From Candidatus Fibrimonadaceae bacterium (lineage in GTDB: Bacteria; Fibrobacterota; Fibrobacteria; Fibrobacterales; Fibrobacteraceae), in assembly GCA_031281265.1 (NCBI GenBank), contig JAITFO010000092.1, positions 17,132 to 81,131 of the forward strand: DNA of 64,000 nt, given 5' to 3'. Shown one piece after another: positions 53,880-62,709 of the stretch. Under the pieces are notes generated by a model. The model searched no databases. It was not told the origin of the DNA and saw only the letters and a program-made list of their open reading frames with translations. The translations under genes and the position numbers were made by a program. How positions within the stretch are numbered: position 1 is the first letter of the stretch; each line of letters begins with the position of its first letter.

Positions 53880-54515
53880 CTACTTACCAACAGGCAGGTT
53901 TAGCATTGGGACTTGGGAAGCTGGTAGCTTCAACGCTTTGCTCAAGCCATCTGCATCCATAAATGCACGAACTCTGGTGATAAGCCCGGTGCCGGAGCAG
54001 AATAGGGAGATGTTCTGGGACACGATGCCCGCGTCAATAGCTCCAAATTTTTGCCTGCCTGCGTCATCCCCGCGAGGGAATTTGGAAACATCGGAAACCA
54101 GCAATATAATTATGGGCGCACTTGCAAAATCCATCTGGCTACCAGCAGCCAAGGCTCGCAAATCCCCGCTTGCCACCAAATTCAGGGAATGTTTTTGCGC
54201 ATCGTATAAATACGCGCCTGTTTTTGCAAGAACATAAACATCTACATCCTGGGCATTCATGGCAGAGGGCGCGGTGCGCTTGCCTTCGCTTTGCCTATTT
54301 ACCCCATTTGCCGCCCACAATAGCTCGGAAATCTCCGCAAGGCTCAAATCCTTTGCTTTTTGAAAATCACCGGCGGCTGCGGACTTCCTCAGGGAGAGGG
54401 ATTTTGTTATTGAAAACCCCTTGTCTAAGTTGGGTTTTGACAAATCAACTTTTTGCCCAGAAAGCTGGGCAAAAGACACAGTTGCGGCGAGGGCCAAAAG
54501 GGGGAGTATTTTCAT
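53880..54515 (-). CDS. Nitroreductase-fold family protein with N-terminal signal peptide
   Basis: 'SLRKSAAAGDF...LSLAEISELLWAANGVNR...KRTAPSAMNAQ' and 'IDAGIVSQNISLF'. Confidence 0.65.
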   Translation of the reverse strand: MKILPLLALAATVSFAQLSGQKVDLSKPNLDKGFSITKSLSLRKSAAAGDFQKAKDLSLAEISELLWAANGVNRQSEGKRTAPSAMNAQDVDVYVLAKTGAYLYDAQKHSLNLVASGDLRALAAGSQMDFASAPIIILLVSDVSKFPRGDDAGRQKFGAIDAGIVSQNISLFCSGTGLITRVRAFMDADGLSKALKLPASQVPMLNLPVGK

Positions 54516-54572
54516 GGGGGTAATATAAAAAATTGCCTGAACTATTTAGTATTTTAAAATAAGGAGAAAAAC

Positions 54573-56453
54573 ATGAGAAAAGTCGCAATAATGCTAACCA
54601 TGCTCTGCGTAGCAGCTTTTGCCACGCAAAAGGGGAAAACCGTTGCCCCACCAAAGCTCACCGGTACCGGTTTTTTCACCGACACTAGGGACAAGATAAA
54701 GTACAACACTATCAAGATTGGCGAGCAAACTTGGATGGCGGAGAATTTGAACTACGTGGACAAAGAGTATGCCAAGGAAGATAGCAAGTGCTATGGCAAC
54801 AAGCCTGCCAACTGCGCCAAATACGGCAGATTATACAATTGGGAAACGGCTATGCAAGCCTGCCCAAGTGGTTGGCATTTGCCAACTATAGAGGAATGGG
54901 ATGTCCTTACAAATTTTGCTGGCGGCCAAGACGACAACAAAGATGAAGTTGCAGAAAAGAAACTCAAAGCCCCAAAAGGCTGGGACGACAATGGCAACGG
55001 CACGGATGACCTTGGGTTTACGGCTCTGCCGGGCGGCCACGGCAGCGTCAGCGGCAACGATTCCCTTATTGGCATTGGTGGACGCTGGTGGAGCACATCG
55101 GGGCAATACCGGCGCATGAACAGCGTCTTTGAAAGCATCCCTTGGCGCAGTTCCGCAAACACCTCCTTGTTCAGTGTTCGTTGCGTGAAGGGAGAGCCAG
55201 GAGCAGAGGCAGTGGCGGCAGTAGCGGAGATATTAAAGGCAAAGGCAGAAGCGGCGGCAAAAGCGGAAGTAAGAGCAAAAGCAATGGCAGCAGCAAAAGC
55301 AAAACTTGATGCTATAAGAAAAGCCAATGGCAATACTTTCACCGACACCAGAGATAAGAAAAAGTACAACACCATAAAAATTGGCAACCAGGTTTGGCTA
55401 GCTCAAAATTTGGATTACGCAGACAAAGACAGCAAATGTTATGACAACAAGGAAGATAATTGCAAAATATACGGGCGGCTCTACACTTGGGAAGCCGCCG
55501 CTGAAGCCTGCCCTGCCGGCTGGCACTTGCCAGACGATGCTGAATGGAATAAGCTCATAACTCTTGCAGGCGGCAAAGGGGGTGCCGGAACAAAGCTCAA
55601 GGCAACGAGTGGCTGGTCAAATTATAAAGAAAGATCTGGCAACGGTACTGAAGATTACGGATTTTCCGCTATGCCGGGCGGCTACGGTACTCCAGACGTC
55701 AATTTCAAAGAAGTTGGCCAAAACGGTAGCTGGTGGAGCGCCACCGAGGGCGAGATTAGCGGAAGTGCTTACCATTATAATTTTGCAACAGACAGTTATG
55801 TAGGTAGAAGCCGTGAAAATAAATCTTATCTGTACAGCATCCGTTGCGTGCAAGGCAAATCCCCCGCAGAGGTATTAAAAGCCAACAGCGGAACTTTTGC
55901 CGATTCTCGTGATGGCAGAAAATACAAGACCATCAAAATAGGCAACCAAACTTGGATGGCAGAGAATTTGAATTACAATGTAAATGGCTCAAAATGCAAC
56001 ACTTCAGCAGGCTGCGACAAATACGGACGTCTTTACGATTGGAAGGCCGCGATGACTTCCTGCCCAAGTGACTGGCACTTGCCCACCGATTTGGAATGGG
56101 AAGTTTTGATGGCAACCGTAGGTGGTGCTGCCACCGCTGGCGAAAGATTAAAAGCAAAGGAAGGATGGAACGGCGGCGGCAATGGCGATGACGACTTCGG
56201 TTTTAAGGCATTGCCTGGTGGTAGCAGTGTCTCAAGTTACGGAGGCTCTGGCAACTTCGGCAATTTTTGGAGCGCTACCGAAAGCAAAGACAACACCAAA
56301 GCCAACTATCGGCATATTCTTAACACAAGCAAAAATGTGGTGAGCAAAGATGACCCAAAAACGCACTTATTCTCCGTCCGTTGCCTACAAGGTGAACCGG
56401 GAGCAGATGCAAAGGCGAAGATATCAAAAATAGAAGCGGAAGGGAGAAAGTAG
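54573..56453 (+). CDS. Protein with three tandem Fibrobacter succinogenes major paralogous domains separated by Ala/Lys-rich linkers
   Basis: The unit 'DxRDxxKYxTIKIGxQxWMAENLNY...YGRLYxWxxAxxxCPxxWHLP...RCVxG' occurs three times. Linker: 'AEAVAAVAEILKAKAEAAAKAEVRAKAMAAAKAKL'. Confidence 0.9.
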   Translation: MRKVAIMLTMLCVAAFATQKGKTVAPPKLTGTGFFTDTRDKIKYNTIKIGEQTWMAENLNYVDKEYAKEDSKCYGNKPANCAKYGRLYNWETAMQACPSGWHLPTIEEWDVLTNFAGGQDDNKDEVAEKKLKAPKGWDDNGNGTDDLGFTALPGGHGSVSGNDSLIGIGGRWWSTSGQYRRMNSVFESIPWRSSANTSLFSVRCVKGEPGAEAVAAVAEILKAKAEAAAKAEVRAKAMAAAKAKLDAIRKANGNTFTDTRDKKKYNTIKIGNQVWLAQNLDYADKDSKCYDNKEDNCKIYGRLYTWEAAAEACPAGWHLPDDAEWNKLITLAGGKGGAGTKLKATSGWSNYKERSGNGTEDYGFSAMPGGYGTPDVNFKEVGQNGSWWSATEGEISGSAYHYNFATDSYVGRSRENKSYLYSIRCVQGKSPAEVLKANSGTFADSRDGRKYKTIKIGNQTWMAENLNYNVNGSKCNTSAGCDKYGRLYDWKAAMTSCPSDWHLPTDLEWEVLMATVGGAATAGERLKAKEGWNGGGNGDDDFGFKALPGGSSVSSYGGSGNFGNFWSATESKDNTKANYRHILNTSKNVVSKDDPKTHLFSVRCLQGEPGADAKAKISKIEAEGRK

Positions 56454-56454
56454 G

Positions 56455-56838
56455 CTATTCCCACTTGAGCCAGCCCTTTTTCCATGAATATGCGAGGCCA
56501 ACTACCAAAACGCCAAAGAATATGCCCAAGTCCACAAATGCGAGCCAAACCGGAACGCCAAGCGTTCCGTCCACAACGCCTCGCCAATGAACAGCTATGG
56601 GAAAAAGGAACAGAGCTTCCACGTCAAACACTAGGAATATCAGGGCAAATACAACATAGCCAACCTTGAATTGCACCCTAGCATTGCCAAAAGTTTCCAT
56701 TCCGCATTCATAAGCCTTGAACTTTGCTTTTCCCTCTTTTGATGGGAAACCCAATATTTTGCCAACCAATATGGCAGCAGCAGCTATAAATGCACCTAGA
56801 AACAAAAAAATTAAGAGAATCCAATAACCGTTACCCAT
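56455..56838 (-). CDS. nuoA: NADH-quinone oxidoreductase subunit A
   Basis: 'KFKAYECGMETFGNARVQFKVGYVVFALIFLVFDVEALFLFP...YSWKKGWLKWE'. The start is set at MGNGYW, because the track extension runs into the tRNA. Confidence 0.85.
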   Translation of the reverse strand: MGNGYWILLIFLFLGAFIAAAAILVGKILGFPSKEGKAKFKAYECGMETFGNARVQFKVGYVVFALIFLVFDVEALFLFPIAVHWRGVVDGTLGVPVWLAFVDLGIFFGVLVVGLAYSWKKGWLKWE

Positions 56839-56868
56839 ATTAGATAGAAATATAGTAAATAAAAAGTA

Positions 56869-56943
56869 GGTGAATGATGGGATTTGAACCCACGACAACC
56901 GGAATCACAATCCGGTACTCTAACCAACTGAGCTACACTCACC
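56869..56943 (-). tRNA. tRNA-His (anticodon GTG) with encoded G-1, no encoded CCA
   Basis: Folded by hand. The sequence is G-1 + acceptor GTGAGTG/CATTCAC, anticodon arm CCGGA-TTGTGAT-TCCGG, T arm GTGGG-TTCAAAT-CCCAT and discriminator C. Confidence 0.9.
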
Positions 56944-56962
56944 GTATATATACTAGTATAGA

Positions 56963-57511
56963 ATGGAATATAGTAAAAAAAAAATTGAATTTTCTATTTT
57001 TCCCAAAATGGTAAGGTTCCTAATCGGTGCGTTTTTTGTTATACTCGTTTCTTGCACGCCTGTTTACAATTTAACAGACCGGAGCGGAAATGTTTTTGTA
57101 ATTGAAAGCCCAGAAGTAGAAACAAAGGGAAATTGGGAATACAGAACTGGCAATGCGATTAGAGAACTCCACGTAAACGAGATAGTTTCTCTCTCAGTCC
57201 CTAATGCGGAGCCGAAAATTTTTGACGGCAGGATATTTTACCCAGCAACGCTGACATTGGAAGATACCGTTTCTGTGCCGCCGCAAGGATTTATTTGCAT
57301 AGAAGGGGAGTTAAAAGCAGATAATGCAGGGAAAAGAATCACCATTCATCTATCGAATGTAAAGGAACTCATCCGCCAGAAGAAAGAAGAAAAGCCAAAT
57401 GCAAGCGAAACCGCAGCAGCCGAGCCTACAGCGGTTGAACCTGCGGCAGCTGAACCCAGTGAAGGAGAGCCTCAGGAAGGTGAACAGCCACAAGAAGGAA
57501 CCGGAAACTAA
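56963..57511 (+). CDS. Hypothetical membrane-anchored or lipoprotein with acidic Pro/Glu/Ala-rich tail
   Basis: 'FFVILVSCTPV' lipobox-like N-terminus and a C-terminal 'AAAEPTAVEPAAAEPSEGEPQEGEQPQEG'. Confidence 0.5.
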   Translation: MEYSKKKIEFSIFPKMVRFLIGAFFVILVSCTPVYNLTDRSGNVFVIESPEVETKGNWEYRTGNAIRELHVNEIVSLSVPNAEPKIFDGRIFYPATLTLEDTVSVPPQGFICIEGELKADNAGKRITIHLSNVKELIRQKKEEKPNASETAAAEPTAVEPAAAEPSEGEPQEGEQPQEGTGN

Positions 57512-57513
57512 AG

Positions 57514-59022
57514 ATGCACTCAGTAATTTTAACAGAACTCAGCACAAAATCGGATTTAAAAGCCATAATTGGCGCAATGTCTAACGTTTTAAAAATCGAC
57601 AAAAGGGAAGCTATTGAAAAAGCCAAAAAATTGCCGGTGACATTGGCAGCTAATTTGCCAGAAAAAGAAGCGCAATTGATGGCGGATATGTTCAGCGGCA
57701 TGGGGGCAGGCATAAGGGTAAATCCTCCGCTAGGCAAGGCTCCAGCAACGGCAGCAACCGCAGCAGCGCCGGCAACGGCAGCTACGCCAGCAGCAGCGGT
57801 ACCGCAAAGGGAACCAAGGGCATGGAAAACAGAAGTGCCAAAAAGAGGGATACCGCTTGGCTGCTTGTTTTTTATTATGCTTAGCCTAATTGGTTTTGCA
57901 ACTTATGCGAGTTTAAATTATGAGTGGATTATGGAGCAGGTTGAATTGCAACTTAAACCAAGCCCCGAAAAATCGGAAAAGCTTTTGAAAAAAGGCGAAA
58001 TGAAACAAGCGAAGAAAAGCATACAAAAACAGTTACGGGAAAAACCCAATGATACAGATCTTTTGATTTTGCAAGGGAGATATTACATAAGCGCAGCGCG
58101 CAAGAGAATGGACGACATGCATTGGAAAACTTACGACAAAGCAAATGCGCTCCCTGAGATAGATACCGCCGTGGCTATTTTCCGCAAAGCGGAATCTTTA
58201 AACCCTAGAGACGCCAACATCCCTAGGTGGATTTCAATCGCAGAGCAATTGAGAAGAGCTTTGCCAGAAGCGGAAACCGCCGCCCGCAGAGCTATTACTC
58301 TTAATCCAGAGGATGCTGATAACTGGAATCAATTGGGTTCTGTATTTATAGATGGAGAACAAATTAGCCAAGCGGAACAGGTATTTTACAGAGCATTGAA
58401 AATAAACCAAGCGAATGCCTCGACTTTGAAAAATTTGACTATTTTAAATCTCTATTACACACAAGATGCGCAAAAAGCTGCAAGTTTCTTATTCAATTAT
58501 TTGAATCAAAAAGAAGCGGCAATGGATATGGATTCTTATAATCTTCGCGTGGACTTGACAACCGAGATGATAGGAGACTTTAACCCGCCTTTGGAAAGAT
58601 TAAGCCCGCCATCACTGTCTTTTGAAGAATACGAAAGAAGGCGGAAGCAAATAGCTGACGACCCTCGGCTTAAAACCGATCCTCTGTTGCAAGAGCAACT
58701 GGGGTTGCTGTATATGTCAAAAGGCGAGAGAATTGCAGCCGAAGACTGCTTTATAAAATCCATCCACTTAAATGCAAGCATGGAGTCTTCCAGAAAAATG
58801 CTTGCCGTAATGTATTTAAAGGATAAAAATTACGAAAAGGCTCTGCAAATTATGCAATCCGCTGTGGATAACGGCGGAAAAGACTTGTTTTTTTGGAAGA
58901 ATATCGGTTTTCTGCAAAAATACTTTAAAGCAAATCCCGAAGAGGCAAATAAGGCCTTTAACCGCTACCTCGCTTACGGTGGAGACTCTTACGTGGATAG
59001 GGTGAGAAAAGAGTTCCGCTAG
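57514..59022 (+). CDS. Membrane protein with N-terminal ribosomal L7/L12 C-terminal-like domain, Ala/Thr-rich linker, TM helix and TPR repeats
   Basis: 'KSDLKAIIGAMSNVLKIDKREAIEKAKKLPVTLAANLPEKEAQLMADMFSGMGAGIRV' resembles the L7/L12 CTD. TPR-like units follow the TM helix 'LGCLFFIMLSLIGFATYA'. Confidence 0.55.
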   Translation: MHSVILTELSTKSDLKAIIGAMSNVLKIDKREAIEKAKKLPVTLAANLPEKEAQLMADMFSGMGAGIRVNPPLGKAPATAATAAAPATAATPAAAVPQREPRAWKTEVPKRGIPLGCLFFIMLSLIGFATYASLNYEWIMEQVELQLKPSPEKSEKLLKKGEMKQAKKSIQKQLREKPNDTDLLILQGRYYISAARKRMDDMHWKTYDKANALPEIDTAVAIFRKAESLNPRDANIPRWISIAEQLRRALPEAETAARRAITLNPEDADNWNQLGSVFIDGEQISQAEQVFYRALKINQANASTLKNLTILNLYYTQDAQKAASFLFNYLNQKEAAMDMDSYNLRVDLTTEMIGDFNPPLERLSPPSLSFEEYERRRKQIADDPRLKTDPLLQEQLGLLYMSKGERIAAEDCFIKSIHLNASMESSRKMLAVMYLKDKNYEKALQIMQSAVDNGGKDLFFWKNIGFLQKYFKANPEEANKAFNRYLAYGGDSYVDRVRKEFR

Positions 59023-59046
59023 TATTAGTATTACTATATTACCCTT

Positions 59047-59640
59047 ATGAGAATTAGAAAGGACGAGTTTGAGGCGATGTTAACTGTGGGTATTGCTTCT
59101 CATAGACTCGCTTTGGTTAAGGAACTGAATAATCGCGATAGATTTTATTCCAGCGAAATGTATGAACCAGAAGACGCAAACAAAGTTTACCTGCTTGAAC
59201 TTTTTGATCACCATTTTGTACTCTGCTCGGATTTGGTTTTTGATACCTCCGTAGGACGTTTTTTTTATGTGACAAAAGAAAAATTTGAATATCAAGAAGA
59301 GACTTTAAAAGAAGCACTCACAACTCTGCGCCGAACGGAACGCAGAATTTACGAGCTTTTATCGAGATTAAAATTGAGAGGTTTTTTCACAAGAAATGAA
59401 TTTATACGTAGCCTTATAGGCTTGGTACCGCAACTTGAATGGAATGATGACATTGTAACTGACCGCAAAAGCGGAAGAGTATTCATAACCATCAAGAGGA
59501 ATATTTTGCACCTTGTGTATCAAGACGGAAAAGCGAGCAATTTCTTGGATTTGGCAAAGAAAGACTTAAATCAAAAAGTTTTATCCCAATGCGCTCAGTT
59601 GATAAAAGCTTCATTTAGGTATAAAAAGGTTTTAAAGTGA
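59047..59640 (+). CDS. Hypothetical protein (197 aa), overlapping the start of the sigma-54 activator by 4 nt
   Basis: ORF only; GTGA overlap with the next gene. Confidence 0.45.
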   Translation: MRIRKDEFEAMLTVGIASHRLALVKELNNRDRFYSSEMYEPEDANKVYLLELFDHHFVLCSDLVFDTSVGRFFYVTKEKFEYQEETLKEALTTLRRTERRIYELLSRLKLRGFFTRNEFIRSLIGLVPQLEWNDDIVTDRKSGRVFITIKRNILHLVYQDGKASNFLDLAKKDLNQKVLSQCAQLIKASFRYKKVLK

Positions 59641-61013
59641 TAATTCTGCTTGCAGATTCAGATAAAAAATTCGTAAATGATGTTTTGGAGTCGTGGTCTA
59701 TAACGGAAGTCTCCATATCCGCCGTGACAAACACAGCAGACATAATTTCCGTTGCAGCGAGCGGAAACGTGTCCGTTGCTTTTTTGAATGCAGATTTTTT
59801 ATGGGTTGCGGAACTAGATGCTGTTTCTTATTTAAAAGACCACAACCCCGGCATTGAGATTTTTGTTCTGTGCGAACAAAAAAATCTGCCTGCGGCAGAG
59901 GCTTCGCTTTCGCGAGGCGCAAGCAAATATTTGCTAAAACCAATAACGGTAACCACCATTGAAAATGCGGTGAGAAAAGCACTGCAAAAACGGAGCAACA
60001 AACAAAATTATCAACTGATGGAAAGCCTGGTTCTTGAAGAACTTTTTGGCAACACTCCTGAGATGCAAAAGATATTAAAAACCATTTATAAAATAGCCCC
60101 AACCACAAGCACCGTTTTAATAACAGGCGAATCCGGGACTGGAAAAGAATTTGCTGCTAACATAATACACCGCCTTAGCAAAAGAGCGGATGAACCTTTT
60201 TTGGCGGTGAATTGTGGAGCCATTCCAGAGAATATTGTGGAAAGCGAGTTATTCGGCAGCCGTAAAGGAGCCTTCACGGGAGCGGTGGATAAAAAAGGCC
60301 TGCTCGAAGAAGCGGACGGAGGAACTGTTTTTTTAGATGAAATTGCGGAACTTTCACAAGCGGCGCAGGTTAAACTTTTGAGATTTTTGCAAAGCAGAGA
60401 GATAAGGAGAGTTGGCGAAAATGAAAATAGAACCCTTGATGTTCGCGTAATAGCCGCTACAAATCGCAATGTTCTGGAAGCGGTTAAAAATGGAACTTTC
60501 AGAGAGGATTTGTATTACCGCCTTAACACCTTTCACATAGAGTTGCCGCCGCTTCGCGAAAGGCGCGCCGTGATAAGCAACCTGATAAAGCATTTTATAA
60601 TAAAGCTCCAAAATGAAACTGGCAAAACTATAAGGCGCATAAGCCAGCCCGCTCAAATTGCTCTTAAAAGCTATGATTATCCGGGCAACATAAGGGAACT
60701 TGAAAATATAATTGAACACGCTATGGTGCTGGCAGAAAACGAAGAGATAACGCTGGAAGATTTGCCAGAAACCCTGCACCCCAGCTACGCAATTCCAGAA
60801 AGCCGTTATTTGCTCTCGCAAGCCGCAAAGACTCAAAGCGAAGATACCGAAGAACTATCCCTTGCGGAGCTGGAACGCCGGCACATAATAAAAGTGTTCG
60901 AGAAATACAAAAACGTTTCTCAAACAGCAGAAAAATTGGGTATAAGCCGCACCACGTTGTGGCGCAAGCTAGAGGAATACAAGGTGGAGCTAAACTCCCC
61001 TACTGACCACTGA
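59637..61013 (+). CDS. Sigma-54-dependent Fis-family response regulator (NtrC-like enhancer-binding protein)
   Basis: REC-like N-terminus, AAA+ 'ITGESGTGKE', 'GAFTGA' sigma-54 contact loop, 'TVFLDEI' and a C-terminal HTH 'SQTAEKLGISRTTLWRKL'. Confidence 0.92.
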   Translation: MIILLADSDKKFVNDVLESWSITEVSISAVTNTADIISVAASGNVSVAFLNADFLWVAELDAVSYLKDHNPGIEIFVLCEQKNLPAAEASLSRGASKYLLKPITVTTIENAVRKALQKRSNKQNYQLMESLVLEELFGNTPEMQKILKTIYKIAPTTSTVLITGESGTGKEFAANIIHRLSKRADEPFLAVNCGAIPENIVESELFGSRKGAFTGAVDKKGLLEEADGGTVFLDEIAELSQAAQVKLLRFLQSREIRRVGENENRTLDVRVIAATNRNVLEAVKNGTFREDLYYRLNTFHIELPPLRERRAVISNLIKHFIIKLQNETGKTIRRISQPAQIALKSYDYPGNIRELENIIEHAMVLAENEEITLEDLPETLHPSYAIPESRYLLSQAAKTQSEDTEELSLAELERRHIIKVFEKYKNVSQTAEKLGISRTTLWRKLEEYKVELNSPTDH

Positions 61014-61947
61014 CCTGCATCCAAAAGGCGCGATAGTTCTCCCTATCATTGCCTTTGCGGAATTTAATAGCAGCTTCCGGATGGGAATTGAAAGCCCCGG
61101 TTATCATCTGCGGAATTATATAGCCCCATTCCAAATTCTGTTCCTTTTGGAGAGGTATAAAACCATTTGCTATCATATCCAAAACCGGACGAACATCGAA
61201 CTTGGGATTTTTGAGGAAAGAGAGCAATAGTTCCGTGGGGCAGTTGCCCGCTCCGCGCCCCATGCCGTAAATTGAGCAGTCCAAATAATCCACATTGTTT
61301 ATTATAGCCTGGATTGTGTTTGAGAAAGCGAGCTGCTGGTTGTTATGGCCATGAAAGCCGAGCTTTTTGGTTTTAATCCACTTTTTGTAGCGCTTTGCCA
61401 GCTTGTCTATGTTTTCTTGGTAAAAATAACCAAAGCTATCCACTATGTAAATCACCTCGGTTTTGGCTTCCTTTTCTGCTTGGTCTAAGGCCTCATCCAG
61501 TTCAGGCCCGTTGTCGCGGCTTGCCGCCATTATGTTTATGGTGGTTTCGTAGCCAAGGTCGTGGAATTCATTTACCATAGCTATGCACTTGTCTATGTCG
61601 CGGGCGTAGCACGCTACACGCACCATATCGTAAGGGGATTCAGACTTGGGCTTTACTTTGCTCATGTCTGCCCTGCCTATATCTGCCATAACGGAAACCT
61701 TTGGCCCGTTTTCCACGCCTTCTTTCATCTTCCAGAGCAAGTCGTCATCGCAGAATTTCCACGGCCCGTATTCTTCCCTGCTAAACATCTCGTCTGAGTT
61801 TTTATAACCCGCTTCCATATAATCAACACCTGCGGCAGCAAGAGCCTTATAAACTTTTTGCACAAATTCAAAGGAAAATTTGTGGTTATTTATCAAACCG
61901 CCATCGCGGATTGAGCAATCTAAAACTTTAATAGATTCACGAAACAT
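61000..61947 (-). CDS. HMGL-like / pyruvate carboxyltransferase (DRE-TIM aldolase) family protein
   Basis: 'IKVLDCSIRDGG' and 'LGFHGHNNQQLAFSNT' metal-site contexts. The start is set at MFRESIKVL. The 3' end overlaps the convergent sigma-54 activator gene by 14 nt. Confidence 0.75.
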   Translation of the reverse strand: MFRESIKVLDCSIRDGGLINNHKFSFEFVQKVYKALAAAGVDYMEAGYKNSDEMFSREEYGPWKFCDDDLLWKMKEGVENGPKVSVMADIGRADMSKVKPKSESPYDMVRVACYARDIDKCIAMVNEFHDLGYETTINIMAASRDNGPELDEALDQAEKEAKTEVIYIVDSFGYFYQENIDKLAKRYKKWIKTKKLGFHGHNNQQLAFSNTIQAIINNVDYLDCSIYGMGRGAGNCPTELLLSFLKNPKFDVRPVLDMIANGFIPLQKEQNLEWGYIIPQMITGAFNSHPEAAIKFRKGNDRENYRAFWMQVSGQ

Positions 61948-61985
61948 ATTAACTCCATTCATTAATTCGGGATAAATATAGTAAA

Positions 61986-62333
61986 TTATCCCCACTCCTT
62001 GAACACAAAAAAGGCACCCAAACACACTAGGGCAAAGCCAACCACATAATTCCACTTTATGCCTGCACCCAGATAAAAAACCGAAAAGACTAAAAACACG
62101 GAAAGGGAAATTACTTCCTGAATGGTTTTAAGCTCCGCAGGCTTATAAAAACCAGAGCCTATTCTATTTGCTGGCACTTGCAAGCAGTATTCAAAAAACG
62201 CAATGCCCCAACTTATTAAAATCACAAGAGGCAAAGCGACTGTTTTATATTTCAAATGCCCGTACCAAGCAAAGGTCATAAAAACATTACTGAAAACGAG
62301 CAGGACGATTGGAGCAAAGGGATTGTTAAGCAT
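61986..62333 (-). CDS. DUF486-type DMT-superfamily small membrane protein
   Basis: 115 aa with four TM helices. 'FSNVFMTFAWYGHLKY' is typical of this family. Confidence 0.7.
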   Translation of the reverse strand: MLNNPFAPIVLLVFSNVFMTFAWYGHLKYKTVALPLVILISWGIAFFEYCLQVPANRIGSGFYKPAELKTIQEVISLSVFLVFSVFYLGAGIKWNYVVGFALVCLGAFFVFKEWG

Positions 62334-62390
62334 GGTGTATATATAGTAAATGCTGATGAACTCACTACCTTAACTTTATTCCATCAGCAT

Positions 62391-62416
62391 TCCCCCCTTG
62401 AATGGAGATTTTTTAA
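62391..62416 (-). repeat. 26-nt sequence, copy 2 (perfect reverse complement of 3172..3197)
   Basis: The plus strand reads TCCCCCCTTGAATGGAGATTTTTTAA. The copy is embedded in a local 32-nt palindrome (62400..62431) and lies 58 nt upstream of the DUF486 gene. Confidence 0.85.
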
Positions 62417-62636
62417 CAAAAATCACCATTCGTCCCCCCGTTTTTTCCGCTCGGAGAGCTAACGGGGGAAACGCCACAACGAAATTCATAGTTAATCAGT
62501 GGCTACTATAGTAATTTTTGGGACTTATATACATCTTTTACATTAGTCCCTAAACTGCATTTTTAAGTAATATACTAGCAATTTGTTAGCAATGCCATAT
62601 TTTTTCTGCAAATTCAGAAAAATTAGCGCTTACCCC

Positions 62637-62666
62637 TTGACAAAAACCTTAAAATCAATATATATT
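62637..62666 (+). promoter_or_regulatory. Sigma-70-like promoter candidate for the IS1595 transposase (TTGACA-N18-TATATT)
   Basis: Read directly, about 45 nt upstream of the ATG at 62710. Confidence 0.3.
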
Positions 62667-62709
62667 ATATTCAGTTAGCCACAAAACGATATTGCCGAGA
62701 ACTGAAGAT

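Noticed and set aside
55521-55536. TGGCAC hexamers resembling the sigma-54 -24 element. This one is typical; similar ones lie near 54865 and 56071.
   Set aside because: They lie inside the FISUMP coding repeats, where they encode the conserved GWHLP. They also lack a TTGC -12 element at the required 5-nt spacing.
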